Positions 50,851-63,134 of a stretch of DNA of 63,134 bases are shown one piece after another. The stretch's first letter is position 1. Each line of letters begins with the position of its first letter. The notes beneath the pieces were generated by a model. That model was not told where the DNA came from and searched no databases. It worked only from the letters and a program-made list of their open reading frames with translations. The DNA is from Octopus bimaculoides (taxonomy: Eukaryota). The stretch spans positions 84,214,124 through 84,277,257 of the forward strand of contig NC_068983.1 in NCBI RefSeq assembly GCF_001194135.2, written 5' to 3'. Made by a program: the position numbers and the translations under genes.

Positions 50851-53800
50851 AGGCGACAAATTCAAAACAAGAATAATTTGAATGCTCAAGGATTAAGCAT
50901 TTGAAAATTTACTGTTCTAACTTCTGGCATTTGCTGTGAAATATTAGAATTATTGCTCTTAATGTCCCACTCATGTGAGAATTTAGACATTAACTTCATT
51001 AGCTATCATTTTGCACAACTGAATGTGAGTATGCATTTTAAAAATTCTATATTTTAATAATGGTGCCCCAAAATGCCATAGCCTCCTGAGGACGGAACAT
51101 ATAAGGGAATAAAAGAATATAAGAAGTCAAACTAGAAATATTGACCCTTTTCTCAATCACAAAGATTAAAAGGAACAGATCTTATTGCCAATTTTCACAG
51201 AGTTAAATACATGAGAGAGATATGGGTTACCTTAAAAAAGGTAATTAATATACATCAGGTAACTTTACACAGTATAAGAAAAATTGAACTCAGTACAAGC
51301 TCCACAGAACTACAATTGCTTACAGTGGTAAACTATATCACTTTATCAGTGCTTAAAGCAAGGTGAACCCAATCATTGAGAGCTAAATACCTTGACCACA
51401 AAGCAGTGCTAGTGACAGAGCATAAACTGCTAACCACGCTTTCTCCTCAATGTTTTTCAATATATATATAGACCCAACCATTTATGCTTTCCATATTCAA
51501 GTTTGTGATGTCAAACTAATTATGATACCATCCCAATGTAAATAAAACAGACAACAGTTCAATGTTAGACTTGCACAATGTTAGAGCTAACAATTCCTCA
51601 TCAAACAGGAAGGATTTATAGTTAAATCCTTTCCTCACATACAAATTAACTAAATGAGAAATTCTAAGAGAAGTTTCAATGTACTTTGAAGAGAAGTGTA
51701 ATTAAGAAAAACTGAATAACTGAAAGCTTACTAATATAGACACAGGGCAATGTTTAAAAGGTGCAGTAACTCAACCAAAATTAAGTTCTTAATGAGCTGT
51801 AACAGTGTTTTGGAAATAAATTATTGATATGATTAACAAACAAAAATGCTTGATAATTATTTTACCAAACGTATATGATATATAAACACTAATTGTTCAC
51901 TTAGCTTGATTTATGAAATATTTTTTTAAAAAAGAGAATAAATGTCAACATGGTGGATAAATATTCAGAAATAAAACCAAATAAATCATTTTAACATAAA
52001 CCATGCTAACCATGCTAACTAAATTACTACATCAATCAACCTTTTTATTACTAGTTTCTCATTAATATGAAATCTCCTTAATTGAGTTATTTGAAAATAA
52101 AAAAAACTTTACCAAAGCCTAATTGAAAGAAGTAAGTGTTCTCATCAGTTTAATCAACTGCTCTCAATGCTACTCAATAACAATCCATTTCATCTAACGT
52201 CTCACTTTAACATCTTTGTTAGTTAACCTTGCCAGAATTCATGTCATGTTTCAAAATCATTTGAACACAAATCATATTTAATAGAAGAATCAGAACTGCT
52301 ATGCATTAAGTGAGTTTGTTTTATCCATCTTCAGTGAAATCCATACTAGTGAGGCAAGTTTTATCATCTCATATAGTGCTCTACTCTTGATTTCCTTCAG
52401 TTTGATTGCTCCCATTTAGAACTACTATTTTCTGTCTGGCGATATCCAGAGAGGAAGCTCTGAATGAATCTTTCATTTGTTCATCTCCCTGTTGAAATAC
52501 TGCCACCCATTAACACATACACTTTCCACAATAAGCTCCTTCATCAGAAAATTATAACAAAAGACCCAAGAATCTCTGCTGACAAGGAAGAGATGCTTTT
52601 ATGTATTTTTTTTATTTTCCTTTAATTGTTTTTAATAGTTAAATTAGAAGAAGAAGGGCAGCAAACATGACCTTCTAGAAGACCTCTGAAATTTGTGGAG
52701 GAAATGGAAAAAAGAGACTGATTCATAAGGTTATCCTCAACCCAGACCCTTGTGAGAATAATTGCAATAGAGTGGACCCTGTCTAATGATGGCTAGTTGG
52801 TGGTGTTAAACTGATCAGCAACAGAATAAGCTTATATCACCTAAGAAAAAATACAGACCATTTGACAAGCTTTTGCAAAGTTTCCATCTAACCAATTTCA
52901 CTCATAAGGCTTTCATTGACCTGAAGCTGTGATAAAAGAAACTTACATAAGGTAGTATGTAATGGGTTCAAACCTAGAACCATGCCATACCTGCATTCAT
53001 TATGTACAAAAAGTGGTTAGTTTGACCATCAAAATGCTCTGCAATTACTACCACTATAATAACAGAGTTGTCACATTTTTATATAGTTATCACTATCTGA
53101 GACCTGTAAATTGTGATACAGCTGAACTGGGTCTTCTGCCTATGATCTTTGTTGAGACACTGTTTTACCAACATCTACCAAAATCTTTTACTAATTGAGA
53201 TCTAGGGCCTTTCACTGTCTGTGACATGTAAGTAGGGACACCATTTAACAGCGCCCTACTAAAATAATAATGGTTTCAAATTTTAGCACAATATCAGCAA
53301 TTTTAGAGGGCTAAGTCAATTATATTTCCCTCACCCACCCATCACCTGATTGGTACTTATTTCATATGTCCTGAAAGGATGAAAAGCAAAGTCAATTTTG
53401 GCAGAATTTGAACTCAGAACATAAAGAGCTTGAAGAAATGCCACTAAACATTTTGTCCAATCTACCAACAATTTTGTTAGCTCAACACTTTAATAATAAT
53501 TTTTTAACACAGACGCAAGGTCACTAATTAGAAGGGAGGGTAGAATCAATAATATTGATATCAGTTCTTGGTTGGTAATTTACTATATCAATCCTCAGAG
53601 AATTAGAAAGCAAGATTAACCTCGATGATATTGAAACTTTGGAAATAAAGGAATATAAATAACCCATGCAGGACATTTTACCTGATGCTCTACTGCTTTT
53701 GTTACCCTCTGCTAATAATAATAACTGTTTCTAAGACAGGCATAAAGCCTGAAACTTTCAGGGATAGGGTTCATCAATTAAATTGGTTCTAATATTTAAC

Positions 53801-54782
53801 TAGTACTTTATTCCATCAACCCCAAATGGATGGATGAAAGGTAAAGTTGATCTCAGCTAGAATTGAACTCATAACTACATATTGCAACTCATTATTTATC
53901 TCTCTGATTAGACAGCCAATTTTGAAGACACAAAGTATATTCAACTGAATATATATTCATCATCATCATCATCATCATCATCACCACCATTTAAGTCCAA
54001 TTTCCCTTGCTTGGATGGGTCAGGTGGAATTTATTAAAGCAGATTTTCTATGGCCAGATGCCCTTCTCATCACCAACCTTAAACTGTTTCCAAGTATGGT
54101 GATATTTTCTCTTAATTAGACATGCTTTTCATGAAAGACTGGAAATGAACAACAACCTCATTTGTATGACAATGGCAGTGGTAGCAGTTGGTGTTTCTGG
54201 GTCAATTCTACTTTGACTAGTGATAAAATATTTTCCTTCATAAAATTTCAATCTCTGAAGAGGTCATGAACTGAGTTCCTAGAAATAGCAGCTAAATCTC
54301 CCTGGATCATAACTTACCATTTTAGAAAAGAAAGGAGTCATGTATCCAGATAATGTAGTCATGAATATAGTAAACTTGAAACAAAGATAGGACTGTCAAA
54401 GCTTGAACATCCTTCATCATAGGTCTGTTATATCAGGGTTGATATGAACTAAACAACAACAACAACAACAGTCATACAACTAAGGAAAAATCTTTAGTAA
54501 AAGAATCTTTAGTTGCCCAAGTTACAAAACGATAGACAATCTGGGTAGCTAGCTAGTTTGTAGTTCTGGACATTTTAATGGAATGTAGAGCCTTAAGATT
54601 TTTGATAGGTAGGGTCAAATATAATCAGACTATAAGTAAAGTATCCCTAAAAAACAAAATGTGTTGTTCTTATTCGCAAAACTAGACATATAGCCACTGT
54701 TTTAACCCCTATTCAAGTAAAAGAAAAGTGGAATGGAAAAAAAAAAAAGATATATATACATATAATACTTAGCAATGTGTTT

Positions 54783-55550
54783 GGATCTATTTTAAAACGG
54801 GGGCGCCAGTTTTCATTTATGTTTTATGTAGTGTTTTTGGTACGGAAAGACTTTCAAACTTCGTATACTTATCTATTTTGTGTTATAGAACAGAAAAATA
54901 TTTTTGTATTCGAATTTATTTCATGTAAAAAATTGTCTTATTTCGATAATTTCTACTAATCACTGACGTCTATTCAGTTGAAAACAGTTAGCGCTGTAAC
55001 GGTGTATATCGTATTAATCCCCTAACCCTAACCCTAACTAGAGTGTTAACCGTAACCGTAACCCTAACCCTAACCCTAAAACTAACCCTAACTCTAGAAT
55101 CCGAACTCTAAAATTGTTACACACATAGATACGCACAGCGTANNNNNNNNNNNNNNNNNNNNNNNNNNNNNNNNNNNNNNNNNNNNNNNNNNNNNNNNNN
55201 NNNNNNNNNNNNNNNNNNNNNNNNNNNNNNNNNNNAGCGTAATTTATTATATAAACAATATATGCGTATAAATTACGATTAAACCGGATGAAATATGTCA
55301 CAGGGAATAACATTTTTATGACCGCCCAGCAGTAACTCTATTGAGCTGAATAGACGTCAGTGATTGGTTGAAATTACAGAAATACGACAACTTTAACATG
55401 GAATAACTTGCGAATTCCTTTTTTTTTTGTTAAGAAGACTAAGAGTAAAAGATGTTTTATATGACACATTCTACCAGTGTCCCAAGTTTCAAAGTGTTTC
55501 GTTAGTGTTTCGTTAAGAAAATACTGGCGCCCCCGTTTTAAAATAGATCC
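54783..55550. mobile_element. Non-autonomous DNA transposon, Merlin-like, carrying (CCCTAA)n
   Basis: Perfect 28-bp TIRs GGATCTATTTTAAAACGGGGGCGCCAGT and 8-bp TSD ATGTGTTT (54775-82, 55551-58). GG termini with an 8-bp TSD fit Merlin better than hAT. Confidence 0.85.
55020..55095 (+). repeat. Interstitial telomere-type repeat (CCCTAA)n with variants
   Basis: ccctaaccctaaccctaa...ccgtaaccgtaaccctaaccctaaccctaa...ctaaccctaactcta. Confidence 0.85.
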
Positions 55551-55969
55551 ATGTGTTTTTCATCAATATTTACCTCACATAAGCATGGCTTCTTTTAATC
55601 AGATGCATCCATCAGTGGATGACTAACCAGCCACTATTGATTAAGCATAACTGTAAAGAACATAAACAGAAATATAAGAAGGAAAGACTTTCAAGTTAAA
55701 ATTTAGCATTGGTGCCAAAATGTCTTTGGCCACATTATAGCAAGATCCTATCCTTTTTTATTTGTCCACAATTTCACATAAAACTAAGGAAAAATCTTTA
55801 GTTGCCCAAGTTACAAAATGATAGGCAATCTGGGTAGCTAGCAATTTTGCTTTGCTACATACATAAAGCAGTGGTTCTCAAAATATTCACTTAAATCTAA
55901 AATGCTTTTGAAATGTCTTATCTATTCAACAAATTCTGATTTGAATTCACAGATCGCCTCATACTCTTC

Positions 55970-56145
55970 CAGGAGTTAGCAGTCCCCAGGTATCTCATCC
56001 ATCTTTACGTTCTGAGTTCAAATTCTGCTGAGGTCAATTTTACCTTTTACCCTTTTGGAATCCATATAATATGTACCAGTAGAGCACTGGGGTCAATATA
56101 ATCAACTTACCAAAATTTCTAGTCTTGTACCAAAATTTGAAACCA
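55970..56145 (+). mobile_element. SINE family A copy
   Basis: ttacgttctgagttcaaattctgctgaggtc...cactggggtc...cttgtaccaaaatttgaaacc. Further copies at 57790-57895 (+) and 48880-48995 (-). Confidence 0.75.
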
Positions 56146-56407
56146 ATATATTGTGATTATGAAATATCTACAGAAATAAAAATGAGATTATCATCATCAT
56201 TGTTATACTGGTCACTTTTCCATATTTGCATGGGTCAGAGGAAATCCACTGAGGCAGATGGCTTGCTGCTGCCAACCCTCATTTGTTTCTAAGCAAGGTA
56301 ATATTTTCCTATGGAAAAGTGACCATTATAACAATGATGATGATAATAGCATTATTTTTTTTTCTGTAGATATTTCATAATCACAATATATTGGTTTCAA
56401 ATTTTGG
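56130..56407. repeat. Perfect 47-bp inverted duplication
   Basis: 56130-56176 is the exact reverse complement of 56361-56407. Confidence 0.92.
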
Positions 56408-56479
56408 CACAAGGCCAGAAACAATGGACTCCACTTGTATGATACTGATGCTCAACTATTCAATGATATCAAGACACCA

Positions 56480-56690
56480 CAGGCAGACATGCACACATAC
56501 ACACATACACACATATACATGCATACAACAGACTTCTTTCAGCTTCTGTCTTCCAAATCCACTCACAAGGCTATGGTCAGTCCAAAGCTATAGTAGAAAA
56601 CACCTGCCCAAGGTGTCGCAGTGGGATTGAACGCAAAACCATGCAGGTTGTAAGTGAATATTTTAACCAGGAAGTCATGTCTGCACCTTT
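56480..56690 (-). mobile_element. SINE family C head
   Basis: Reverse complement of the head (ccaaatccactcacaagg...ccaaggtgtcgcagtgggattgaac). Confidence 0.75.
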
Positions 56691-57898
56691 ATTACTAATA
56701 ATATATCAGTAACTTGTAATTAAAAAAACCTTGATGTAAACTGTATTACTGCAAAAATATTAAAAATTTCATTGATATTCATATAGAAACAGTTTTTCCC
56801 CCAGTTATTTTACCCCTAATTCTTTATTGCGTATGTAGTGCATTCAGTTCTAAAATGGGTTGACCATATTCAACAGCAGCAGTATATACATTCCTAAATG
56901 TTGTTGACATCAAATTTAACTCTTCATGTTATGTGGTGGTAGGCTGCCACATCTGGAATGTTACATGCTATGACACCTTCTCCAGCAACAACTTGGTGTA
57001 TCCAGCTACCAGCCCAGGTTCCACTGCTTGTCAGGCTGAGAAAAATAAACTGTCATGGTATAGGTCACTCTCTGACAGATTTATGGTCAAGTCTATGGCA
57101 GTGGAGACCAGCACCCCAGCACCACCCCACTGGACTATATCCCTGCTCACCACTATCAGGGGCAGGGATGACTATCTGTAAGTGCAAGCCCAGTGAGTCA
57201 GAGCACATCTCCCTAGCCAAACTCCAGGGTAACACTTTTTCCATTTTGTCTGCTAGGACCATGAGGCAGTCTGAATGACAGGAAATTGTATGTTCTACTC
57301 TTTAATGTAAAATTACTGCAGTAAAGACCAGTAATTATTCATATTCAAGATTAACTCAAATAAAAGTGAGCTCACCTTAATCTATCTTAAATTACCATTG
57401 ATCTTGTGGCAAATAAAGAAATTATCATAGTAATTAATCTCCAGGAGAAATTTTTGCAATCTTCAATATATCAGGCCTATTTTAGTCATCTTTGAAATAA
57501 TGAATTCTAGTTAAACTTCATGAGCAATAAAATTAATAATTAGCCATTTGTTAGCTAAATAATAAAAAATAAAGAATTAACAATAAAGACATTTAATGAA
57601 AGCTAAATAGAATTTTAAAAGTCATCGAATAATTTCTATTAAATATTAATTATAACTGTTTAGTTAATTGAAATAGTTGACATTTTTTATTTGACATTTT
57701 TATATCACACATTTATGACGACGACCATCATCCTCATCAACAACAACACCACTACCATCAATTTATTTATTTATTATACTGTCTTTATACGTTGAGTTCA
57801 AATTCTGCCGAGGTTGACTTTGCTTTCCATACTTTCCATACACTGGGGTCAATGTAATCAATCAGCCCTTCCACCCCCAAAATTTCTGGCCTTGTACT

Positions 57899-57933
<35 letters not shown>

Positions 57934-58506
57934 TTAACGTCCATTTTCCATGCTGATATGGGTTAGAAAGAATTATTATTATTATTATTATTATTATTAT
58001 CATTATTATTAGTATCATTATTATTATTATTATTTTTATTTTTATCATGCTAATAAAGGCATGGAAAGTCCTTTCTTTGCATCTCCTAAAATTTCAGATG
58101 TCATATTTATCTAAGAAAATAACAATTCTGTACAAAAAAATGTTGATGAAAAAAAATTTCATTATGGATGCCCTGTTAAAAAAGACACAATTCACAATAT
58201 AGGACATACCTAAATAGTTAAGATTAAAATTAAGGTTAAAAAAAAAAAGAAGAAATTAACATATTTAAATGTAGAAAAACAAAAAAATTGACTGAGAGGA
58301 AAACAAAAAAAAATTGACTGAGAGAAAAACAATAAAATTGACCAGAACAAATACAATATGTCTGTTTAATCAGCACCAATTCTTCAACAAAGAAAAAAAT
58401 GTAGTACCTATTCCTCATGTATAAAAATATGTAGAGTTTAGCCAATAAGATTTTCTATGAAAATAGCTATGAGTGGTCAAGCCAATAGATGGACAAGATC
58501 ACTTAC

Positions 58507-59200
58507 AGGCATTGGTCAAGGAGACAAGCGGCCAGTCAGTGCAAGCACAAAATCATGCTACAACACCTGATAATGCCAAGGAAAGAAATGGCTTTAAAGA
58601 AACAAGCTGCTGAGGTAACAAAAAATATATATATATAGCTAAAAAAAAATATGAGGGAGGAGGAGTTAAAAAAACAAATGGAAGGAAAGACAAGAAAAAA
58701 AATCAATGGATTAGCGATGAAGAATTGTTCTATACAGACTTAGATACTGACGAATTGAGAATGTAACGCGTAGCAGTGACTGGTTAAAAAGATGACTGTA
58801 AGAAGGTATTTAGAAGAAAAAAAAATAAACAAATATGGTGAGTGCTGCTAATTCCAATCTATTCCATGTAGTTGGCAGTCATGGAATTTCAGCCAAGTGT
58901 TGAAACAAACTGGCAAGCACTTTTCACATCGCTAGTTAATATTGATTATCAATCCAAGGCAAAAGAGAAGCGATTGCACCGATAGGCAACGAATTGGGTG
59001 GCAATCATTTTTACCGAGAATGTTAAACAACTCCATTACACTTGCTTGGTTTGGTAACTTTTCTGTCAGCATTTCTATTGTTAATCTGACAGTTTTGGAA
59101 TATTTCAACAGCAAATATGATTTAGTGTTTCTTAAACTTAGCAAAACTGTTAATCAATTTAGTTGTTAAGTTTGTTACTGGTGTTTGCTATATTTTTCTT
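58507..59200 (-). other. Candidate non-coding first exon / promoter-proximal region of the zinc-finger gene
   Basis: Exon 1 begins with an acceptor, so an upstream exon must exist. A perfect minus-strand GTAAGT donor lies at 58506-58501, next to about 0.7 kb of repeat-free unique sequence. The upstream boundary is a guess. Confidence 0.3.
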
Positions 59201-60056
59201 TATAGTCACTTTTTTTTATAATAGAAAATTGTTTTACCCACATTTTAAAATAGGAAAGAAAAAAATTGTTTTTATTTTTCAGAATTAGCTAAGAATTTGC
59301 AAGAGAGATAACATTATACTACATTTTTTAGGGTTGTGCTATTATAACACAATATTAAAAAAAAAAACCGTTTGGATAGCTGTAGGACTCGCGTTAACAC
59401 CATCACCACCACATTCATTAACGTCACCACCACCACTTTCATCAACATCATCATCATTATCATGATCATTACCTTCAACAACATCATCATCACTATTATA
59501 ATCTTTATTATTGTATATAATTGTTGGTGATAAATATTTAGTTTAATAATTTTCCTTTACTTTTTAATGAAGAAAGTAATCTTGACGCAGTGACTGTTCT
59601 GTATGTCTTATAACTCTTCAATAGGCTCACAACCCAAAAGTAGGAAAAAAAAGAAATAGTCTTTAAGGATGACATCTGAATGGGATAAGACCAAGCAAGC
59701 TATCATATCACACATTAGTGGCCCATTATTTTGCATACTAACCTTTATAAATTCTATATAAATTCTATATAAATTCTACTTTATATTATATGTTGAATAA
59801 TATTTCTGTTCTTGGTTTAACATTCATTAGTGTTCATGATTTTTTTGTCAAAAACACAGGAAACAGTAACACACATACAATAATAAACAGGCATATATAT
59901 GTATACACACACACAAACCAACACACATTTGTACACATATATATACACACACACGCACATACATATGCATGTATTTGTATTTAAAAATATAGGTTTGAAT
60001 ATATACATTGATACAGGTAGATACATATCGATTTATCTATCTATCTATCTATCTAC

Positions 60057-60112
<56 letters not shown>

Positions 60113-60223
60113 NNNNNNNNNNNNNNNNNNNNNNNNNNNNNNNNNNNNNNNNNNNNNNNNNNNNNNNNNNNNNNNNNNNNNNNNNNNNNNNNNNNNNNNN
60201 NNNNNNNNNNNNNNNNNNNNNNN

Positions 60224-60269
<46 letters not shown>

Positions 60270-60705
60270 TATATATTTTGATATTTGTTTTATGTTCATT
60301 TATAATAAAAAATCTTACATTAATCTGATGGGTTACTCTATACTTTAGTAGAGTACAATTTCATTATTCTGAGACAAGAATATTATTGATAGTGACTTCA
60401 AAGTTTTGACCAACTAAGCCATCGTCCAGTGATGGCTTTGCAGGTTGAAACTTCTAAGTCATTATCAATAATATTGTTGTTTATACACTCACACATGCAT
60501 ACAAATGTGTGTGTGTGTATACATATATATATATACATATACACACACACACATATTTAAGCACAGACGTGTGCTAAGAAGTTTGCTTCATGACCACATG
60601 GTTCCCAGTTCAATCCCACTGTGCAGCACTTTAGCACACATATTTATTTACATATATATATATATGCAATATATATACAAATAAATATATAGATATGTAT
60701 GTGCA

Positions 60706-60754
<49 letters not shown>

Positions 60755-61088
60755 GAAAGAGAGAGAGTATGTTTGAGCTTATGATTCTCTCTTAACCATT
60801 GCATGAAACTGGAAATTGTTTACTCACAGCTCTATAACTTAGCAGTTCAGCAAAAGATAATGATAGAATAAGTACCAGACTTGGAAAATAAGTACAGAGA
60901 TTGATTTATTCAATTACACTCAACTCGGTGTTCTAGCACAGCCAAATGAAGCAAGTAACAGATAGCTAGATATATACATACTTATATACATAAATATAAA
61001 CATATATATCTGTAAGAGTAATACAAACATATGTATAAAGATACATGTATACACACACACACACACATATATATACACATGCACATGG

Positions 61089-61149
<61 letters not shown>

Positions 61150-61590
61150 TCGACACATGAAATCTTTCGAGTGGGATTATTGCCAGTGCCCCTGGACTGG
61201 CTCATGTGCAGGCGACACATGAAATCTTTCGAGCGAGATCATTGCCAGTGCCCCTGAACTGGCTCTTGTGCGGGGCCGTTGTAGGATTTTCGAGCAAGAT
61301 CGTTGCCGGTGCCCCTGGACTGGCTCTTGTGCGGGTGACACATGAGGTTTTTCGAGCGAGATGAGCGTGGCCGTTGCCAGTACCGCCTGACTGGCCTTCG
61401 TGCGGGTGACACGTAAAAGCACCCACTACACTCTCTGAGTGGTTGGCGTTAGGAAGGGCATCCAGCTGTAGAAACTCTGCCAAATCAGATTGGAGCCTGG
61501 TGTAGCCATCTGGTTTCACCAGTCCTCAGTCAAATCGTCCAACCCATGCTAGCATGGAAAGCGGACGTTAAACGACGACGATGACGACTC
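61150..61590 (+). mobile_element. Family B element with about four tandem 62-bp units
   Basis: Near-identical (reverse complement) to 45760-45950 and 46396-46680, including the order of unit variants. Confidence 0.88.
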
Positions 61591-61614
61591 AGCATATATA
61601 CATACCTATACATA

Positions 61615-61823
61615 GTGCTGAAAAGTTCCCGGCTTTGGGTTCAAGAAAATACTGGAGAATCAGTTAATTATGATTTTATTCAACATATTCCCCTCTCAGA
61701 TTTACACTCTTATTGCAACGATCCTTCAGTTTTTCTAAGCCATGCAATAGAACTTGGAAGGTTGGAACTCCAACCAGGCCTTTCACGATACCCTTAAAGC
61801 CAGGAACTTTTCAGCACCCCCTC
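61615..61823. mobile_element. mariner-derived MITE
   Basis: TIRs gtgctgaaaagttcccggcttt / aaagccaggaacttttcagcacccctca|ta. Left end slightly eroded. Confidence 0.85.
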
Positions 61824-61854
61824 ATAAATGTATGTATGTAAATGTGTATGTGTG

Positions 61855-61910
<56 letters not shown>

Positions 61911-62289
61911 CATTCGCCATGATAGATCGCTAGCCACTACATATTCTTTATTTTCTCTCCCTGTTTCTTTCTGTGGAAGAGCGTAGGCTCGAAACGTTAA
62001 AGACATTTTCACTTCCTGAGCGTTAAACTAATACATCTGTTTGTTGTCTATACCACCTGTCTTCGTCGTTTGTTCTTCTGTGAATTCTCCCTATATATGT
62101 ATATATATATACACACATACACACACACACACAAACCATTTATACAAATACATGTGTGCGTGTGTGTATAAAAATGTGTTTTGTTCAGAAATGTAGGAAG
62201 CCTTGTGGCAATGGAGTGAATGTGACAGCAGGTGTAACTGGGAGCTGCTAGCAAGAGCTCTGCATACACGTGGCTCGCTCCAAATGTTT

Positions 62290-62758
62290 TTTCTGAACTG
62301 AACAGTCAGTATTGTGCATCGCAAATTTGTCTCCCAGGACCATGCTGTCAATCAAGAATTCCACTGCGACATGTTGAAACATTTGGTGAAAGCAAACAGA
62401 TTTGTGGAGTGCAAAGAATAAGATATTTTTATGACAACAATGCACCTGGTCACCATGCTCCCCTCACTTCTGAGTTCTCACCAAAAACCTGCCCTATTCA
62501 CCAGATTTAGCATCTACAGACTTCCATCTCTTCCCCAAGATGGAAATACAGCTCAATGGTTGCTGCTTTAACACCACTGTCAAGATCAAGAGTAAATTGC
62601 AGAAGGTCCTCAACTCAACTTTCAGGCTGGATTCTGAAAGATGCAGGAATACTGGGACCAGAGAATTGCTGTGCAAGGTGACTATTTTGAAGGAAATTTG
62701 ATGTTAAAACTTAAGTAAATAAGTTATTTTTTATTAAACATAACTAGTCCAGGAACTT
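62290..62758 (+). mobile_element. mariner transposase 3' fragment
   Basis: VNQEFHCDMLKHL, NNAPGH and PYSPDLASTDFHLFPKM, then a TIR-like agtccaggaact truncated by a family B element. Confidence 0.75.
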
Positions 62759-62759
62759 G

Positions 62760-63060
62760 GACCTCTCGGAGGCAATAGCCAAGACCTTGGCATTGTCGTG
62801 TTTGAGAAGAAGACCCATCAAGCTGAGTAAAATCACAGTCGTGCCAAATACCAGTGTCACGCAAATGGTACTTATGCAGGTGGCACTTGAAGGCACCCAT
62901 TATGCTCTTAGAGTGGTTGGCATTAGGAAGGCCATCCTGCCATAGAAAACCATGCCAAATCAGACTGGAGCCTGGCACAGCGTTCCAGCATGCCAGCCCA
63001 GTCAAAAACCATCCAACCCATGCCAGTATAGACAACGGACATATGATGATGATGATATAT
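62760..63060 (+). mobile_element. Family B element
   Basis: gtggttggcattaggaaggccatcc...aacccatgccag...(GAT)n end. Confidence 0.75.
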
Positions 63061-63134
63061 ACGGATTTATACACATACATGTGTATACATATCGTATTTA
63101 TATATATACATACATATATATATATATATATATA

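Noticed and set aside
54255-54295. CUGAAGA-GG..CC-UA-GAAAU as a hammerhead
   Set aside because: Extra bases before GAAA, a mismatched stem III and no stem I.
55020-55095. (CCCTAA)n as a true chromosome end
   Set aside because: Short, degenerate and enclosed by TIRs and a TSD, with ordinary sequence on both sides.
56930-57280. GC-richer stretch with three overlapping short ORFs
   Set aside because: No recognisable motif or convincing splice sites. Probably an old TE fragment, but it could not be assigned.

Overview
AT-rich, repeat-dense eukaryotic DNA with assembly gaps, most likely from an Octopus genome (inferred from the SINE families and microsatellite load). One host gene is supported. 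It is a minus-strand C2H2 zinc-finger transcription factor of the rotund/squeeze/lin-29/ZNF384 type, with three coding exons (43531-42985, 37815-37631, 30017-29151). Splice sites are canonical and phase-compatible, giving 532 aa with 4 fingers and a Q/H/S-rich C-terminus. The rest is transposon debris: several mariner elements and MITEs, an internally deleted Gypsy, RTE and RLE-type LINE fragments, at least four SINE-like families, a piggyBac-like MITE, and a Merlin-like MITE carrying telomeric repeats. The most notable signal lies in the gene's introns, which hold head-to-head inverted dimers of hammerhead-ribozyme-bearing repeats (Penelope-like pLTR type). In both clear cases the copy antisense to the gene keeps the full catalytic core, while the copy that would be in the pre-mRNA has core mutations. 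Almost all other ORFs in the track are microsatellite or N-gap artefacts. All folds and alignments were done by eye.
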